Shown in pieces: positions 61,762-64,000 of a DNA stretch of 64,000 nucleotides. Under the pieces are notes generated by a model. That model ran no database searches and was not told the DNA's origin. It saw only the letters and a list, made by a program, of their open reading frames with translations. This stretch comes from Acidimicrobiia bacterium. Lineage in GTDB: Bacteria > Actinomycetota > Acidimicrobiia > IMCC26256 > JAENVU01. The position numbers were made by a program, and so were the translations under genes. Within the stretch, counting starts at the first letter, position 1; each line of letters opens with the position of its first letter. The stretch covers positions 5,403 to 69,402 of the forward strand of contig JANPMG010000013.1 in the NCBI GenBank assembly GCA_031422675.1. Reading direction: 5' to 3'.

Positions 61762-61866
61762 GACGTCCCCCAAAATGCGATGTCCTTGTGAGGCGGCGCA
61801 GCCTATTGCGGACTCGACAGTTCGCCGGTGAGTGAGTTGGTTGGTTGCGCCGGCCGGGTCCGACCG

Positions 61867-61872
61867 TACGAT
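61867..61872 (+). promoter_or_regulatory. -10-like TACGAT, 6 nt upstream of the fused-ACAD ATG
   Basis: TANNNT; spacer 61873-61878. Confidence 0.3.
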
Positions 61873-61878
61873 CACCGG

Positions 61879-64000
61879 ATGCCGATCGGGATCAGCGACG
61901 ACCACCAGCATCTCCACCGTTCGGTGCGCGGATGGGTCGAACGCCACTGTCCGGCCGCGGTGCCGCGCTCGTTGTTGGATGCGCCCACCGAAGCGGTCCC
62001 GAACTTCTGGCGCGAGTTGGTGGGTCAGGGGTGGTTGGGGCTCGCCGTGGCCGAGGAGCACGGCGGTGAGGGCGCGTCGTTCGAGGAGCTCGTCGTAGTC
62101 CTCGAAGAGCTGGGACGGGCGTGCGCTCCGGGCCCGTTTCTCGCCCACGCGCTCGCGGTCGCGGTTCTGAACGACGCAGTGCGGGCCGGAGAGTCCCACG
62201 CACAGGAGTGGTTGGCGTCGATGTGCGACGGGGGACGCATCGGCGCCGTCGCGCGTGCCGGCTCGCTGATGACTGAGGATCACGCCGACGGCCGGCGCGT
62301 CGTCGGTGAACTGCCGGCCGTCCAGTCGGGCCATCTGAGTGATCTGCTCGTCGCGCCGGTCGGTGACGGTTGGATCGTGCTGTTGGCCGACGAGTACGAG
62401 GCGGTCGAGACCCCGACGGTGGACCTGACCCGGCGCGTCGCTCGCGTCACGGTGGACGTGATCGTCCCCCCGAACCGCCGGATCGCGTCGGTGTCGACCG
62501 CTCGGGTCACGGACCTCGCATTGATCATGTTCGCCGCGGATGCCGTGGGCGCGTCGCAATGGTGTGTGGACACCGCAGCCGACTACGCGCGTGATCGGCA
62601 GCAGTTCGGACGCCCGATCGGCCAGTTCCAGGGAGTGAAGCATCGGTGCGCCAACATGCTGGCGCGCACGGAACTCGCGCGGGCGGCCGTGTGGGACGCG
62701 GCGCGTGCCGTCGACGATCCCGCGACGGCGTCGTTCACCGCCGCGGCCGCAGGAACACTGACCGTCGACGCGTTCTTCGAGACCGCGAAGGACTGCGTGC
62801 AGGTCCTCGGCGGTATCGGCTTCACGTGGGAGCACGATGCGCACGTGTATCTCCGGCGCGCGATCACCACCCGGGCGCTGGTGGGGACGGCGTCGACGTG
62901 GCGGGTGCGGTGCGCCCGATTGGCCCTCGATGGTGCGATGCGACGACTCGTCGTCAACCTGCCCGAAGTAGCCGATCCCGTGCGGGCCGAGGTGCGCGCC
63001 TTCATCGCCGAGCTGGACGTTCTCGATGGGTCAGCGCTCCGCCGCTCACTCGCGGACGACGGCTATCTCGCACCCCAATGGCCGCGGCCGTGGGGTCGGG
63101 GCGCGGGTGCCGTTGAGCAACTGGTGATCGACGAGGAGTTCCGCGCCGCGAAGATCGCCCGTCCGAGTCTGATGATCGGGGCGTGGGCGCTGCCGCCGCT
63201 CATGGTCTACGGGACCGAGGCGCAACAGCAGCGCTGGATTCCGCCGACGCTTGACGGCGACATCAGCTGGTGTCAGTTGTTCAGCGAACCCGGTGCCGGC
63301 TCGGACCTCGCCGGCCTGTCGACGAGCGCACAGCGGATCGAAGGTGGGTGGCTCGTCAACGGCCAGAAGGTCTGGACGTCGATGGCGAAGGAAGCGGACT
63401 GGGGGATCCTGCTCGCTCGGACCGATCCGGAGGCGCCGAAACACCAGGGCATCTCGTTTTTCATGCTCGACATGAGTACGCCGGGGATCGATATCCGTCC
63501 GCTGCGTGAACTCACTGGCCACGCGTTCTTCAACGAAGTGTTCTTCGACGACGTGTTCGTCCCCGACGATTGTCTCGTGGGACGTGAACACGACGGTTGG
63601 CGCGCGACTCGGACGTCATTGGCGAACGAGCGAGTGTTCATGGGCAGTGGCGCCACGATCGGCCGCGGCGTGCGGGGGATCCTCGATCTCGTCCGTGAAC
63701 ATTCGCTCGAGACCGACACCGCGACCCTGAGCGAGGTCGGCGATCTCGTGGCACGGGACTACGCGCTGTCGGTGCTGGGATTTCGGCTGATGCTCTCCGC
63801 GCTCGGCGGCGCGGACCCGTCGGGGTCGGAGGCGTCGGTGCGCAAACTGCTCGGTGTGGAGCACGATCAGCGGGTACAGGAGGTGGGCCTCGCGCTGTTC
63901 GGTGCGCTCGGTGCCGTCGCCGAGGGACCCGCCGCGGGCTGGTCCGAGCAGTTCCTCTTTTCCCGGAACCTGACGATCGCCGGCGGCACAAGCGAGATCC
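61879..64000 (+). CDS. fused double acyl-CoA dehydrogenase (beta-like half followed by alpha-like half), 3' end beyond the window
   Basis: Not in the supplied ORF track because no stop falls within the window. My manual translation from ATG 61879 gave 707 codons without a stop: MPIGISDDHQHLH... ...QLFSEPGAGSDLAGL..GQKVWTS...NLTIAGGTSEI. Confidence 0.85.
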   Translation, partial: MPIGISDDHQHLHRSVRGWVERHCPAAVPRSLLDAPTEAVPNFWRELVGQGWLGLAVAEEHGGEGASFEELVVVLEELGRACAPGPFLAHALAVAVLNDAVRAGESHAQEWLASMCDGGRIGAVARAGSLMTEDHADGRRVVGELPAVQSGHLSDLLVAPVGDGWIVLLADEYEAVETPTVDLTRRVARVTVDVIVPPNRRIASVSTARVTDLALIMFAADAVGASQWCVDTAADYARDRQQFGRPIGQFQGVKHRCANMLARTELARAAVWDAARAVDDPATASFTAAAAGTLTVDAFFETAKDCVQVLGGIGFTWEHDAHVYLRRAITTRALVGTASTWRVRCARLALDGAMRRLVVNLPEVADPVRAEVRAFIAELDVLDGSALRRSLADDGYLAPQWPRPWGRGAGAVEQLVIDEEFRAAKIARPSLMIGAWALPPLMVYGTEAQQQRWIPPTLDGDISWCQLFSEPGAGSDLAGLSTSAQRIEGGWLVNGQKVWTSMAKEADWGILLARTDPEAPKHQGISFFMLDMSTPGIDIRPLRELTGHAFFNEVFFDDVFVPDDCLVGREHDGWRATRTSLANERVFMGSGATIGRGVRGILDLVREHSLETDTATLSEVGDLVARDYALSVLGFRLMLSALGGADPSGSEASVRKLLGVEHDQRVQEVGLALFGALGAVAEGPAAGWSEQFLFSRNLTIAGGTSEI

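Noticed and set aside
60037-62844. 935-aa minus-strand ORF suggesting a giant protein
   Set aside because: Only 60037-61761 (from MADLVITGG, with an SD) is D-aminoacylase-like. The upstream 360 codons are Arg-rich and antisense to the fused ACAD on the plus strand. The composite ORFs 1050-3896, 30476-32068, 42034-43623, 42670-43671, 10417-12423, 24189-26273 and 28505-30454 were trimmed in the same way.
1-64000. Search for tRNA, rRNA, integrase, transposase, phage, restriction-modification or known defence-system genes, and for strong compositional islands
   Set aside because: I recognised none by eye. The only toxin-antitoxin or defence-related elements are vapBC and the AbiEi-HTH/DUF559 gene. 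The only visibly lower-GC patches are short intergenic or repeat segments (6179-6260, 40870-41060, 59920-60035).

Overview
Very GC-rich, gene-dense chromosomal segment of actinobacterial type (third codon positions almost all G/C, so all six frames carry long Arg/Pro/Gly-rich shadow ORFs). I call 57 protein-coding genes, two of them cut by the window edges. I found no rRNA or tRNA, no CRISPR, and no transposase, integrase or phage genes.

Gene content, left to right:
- 1-6178: a glutamine-synthetase-like gene start, a vapBC toxin-antitoxin pair, and a permease / choline-ethanolamine-type kinase / dimethylglycine-oxidase-like operon.
- 7122-12423: a LysRS-MprF fusion (lysX-like, with the domain order reversed relative to mycobacterial LysX) translationally coupled to a lipoprotein and an APC permease.
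- 12.3-22.6 kb: assorted housekeeping and envelope genes.
- 22.7-64 kb: a large lipid/steroid-like catabolic supercluster. It holds a split and a fused alpha/beta acyl-CoA dehydrogenase, an orphan carboxyltransferase, 2 acyl-CoA synthetases, Ltp+DUF35, a thiolase, a MaoC-like hydratase, 2 P450s, a ferredoxin, a TetR regulator, SDRs and 3 paralogous amidohydrolase_2 genes. Interspersed are ppx, gpmA, hisN, an FGGY kinase, a PAS-GGDEF-EAL protein, a patatin and a GT-C-like membrane protein.

Most noteworthy non-routine observations:
1. The permuted LysRS-TM-aaPGS fusion and its coupled permease.
2. An AbiEi-HTH/DUF559 gene bracketed by two copies of a 53-nt palindromic repeat, with a 4x10-nt tandem array beside it and a third partial repeat copy elsewhere.
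3. An MBL-fold/Rieske fusion protein translationally overlapped with a PHP phosphoesterase.
4. A perfect 9-4-9 palindrome in the divergent promoter of the operon that ends in the TetR gene.
5. Direct-repeat arrays at the vapBC promoter.
6. Pervasive leaderless-type promoter geometry, including a hisN gene whose only plausible start at the predicted 5' end is ATC.
7. A >707-codon fused ACAD gene at the right edge that is missing from the supplied ORF track.

I see no classical defence island or mobile-element island. All functional assignments come from motifs read by eye, not from database searches.
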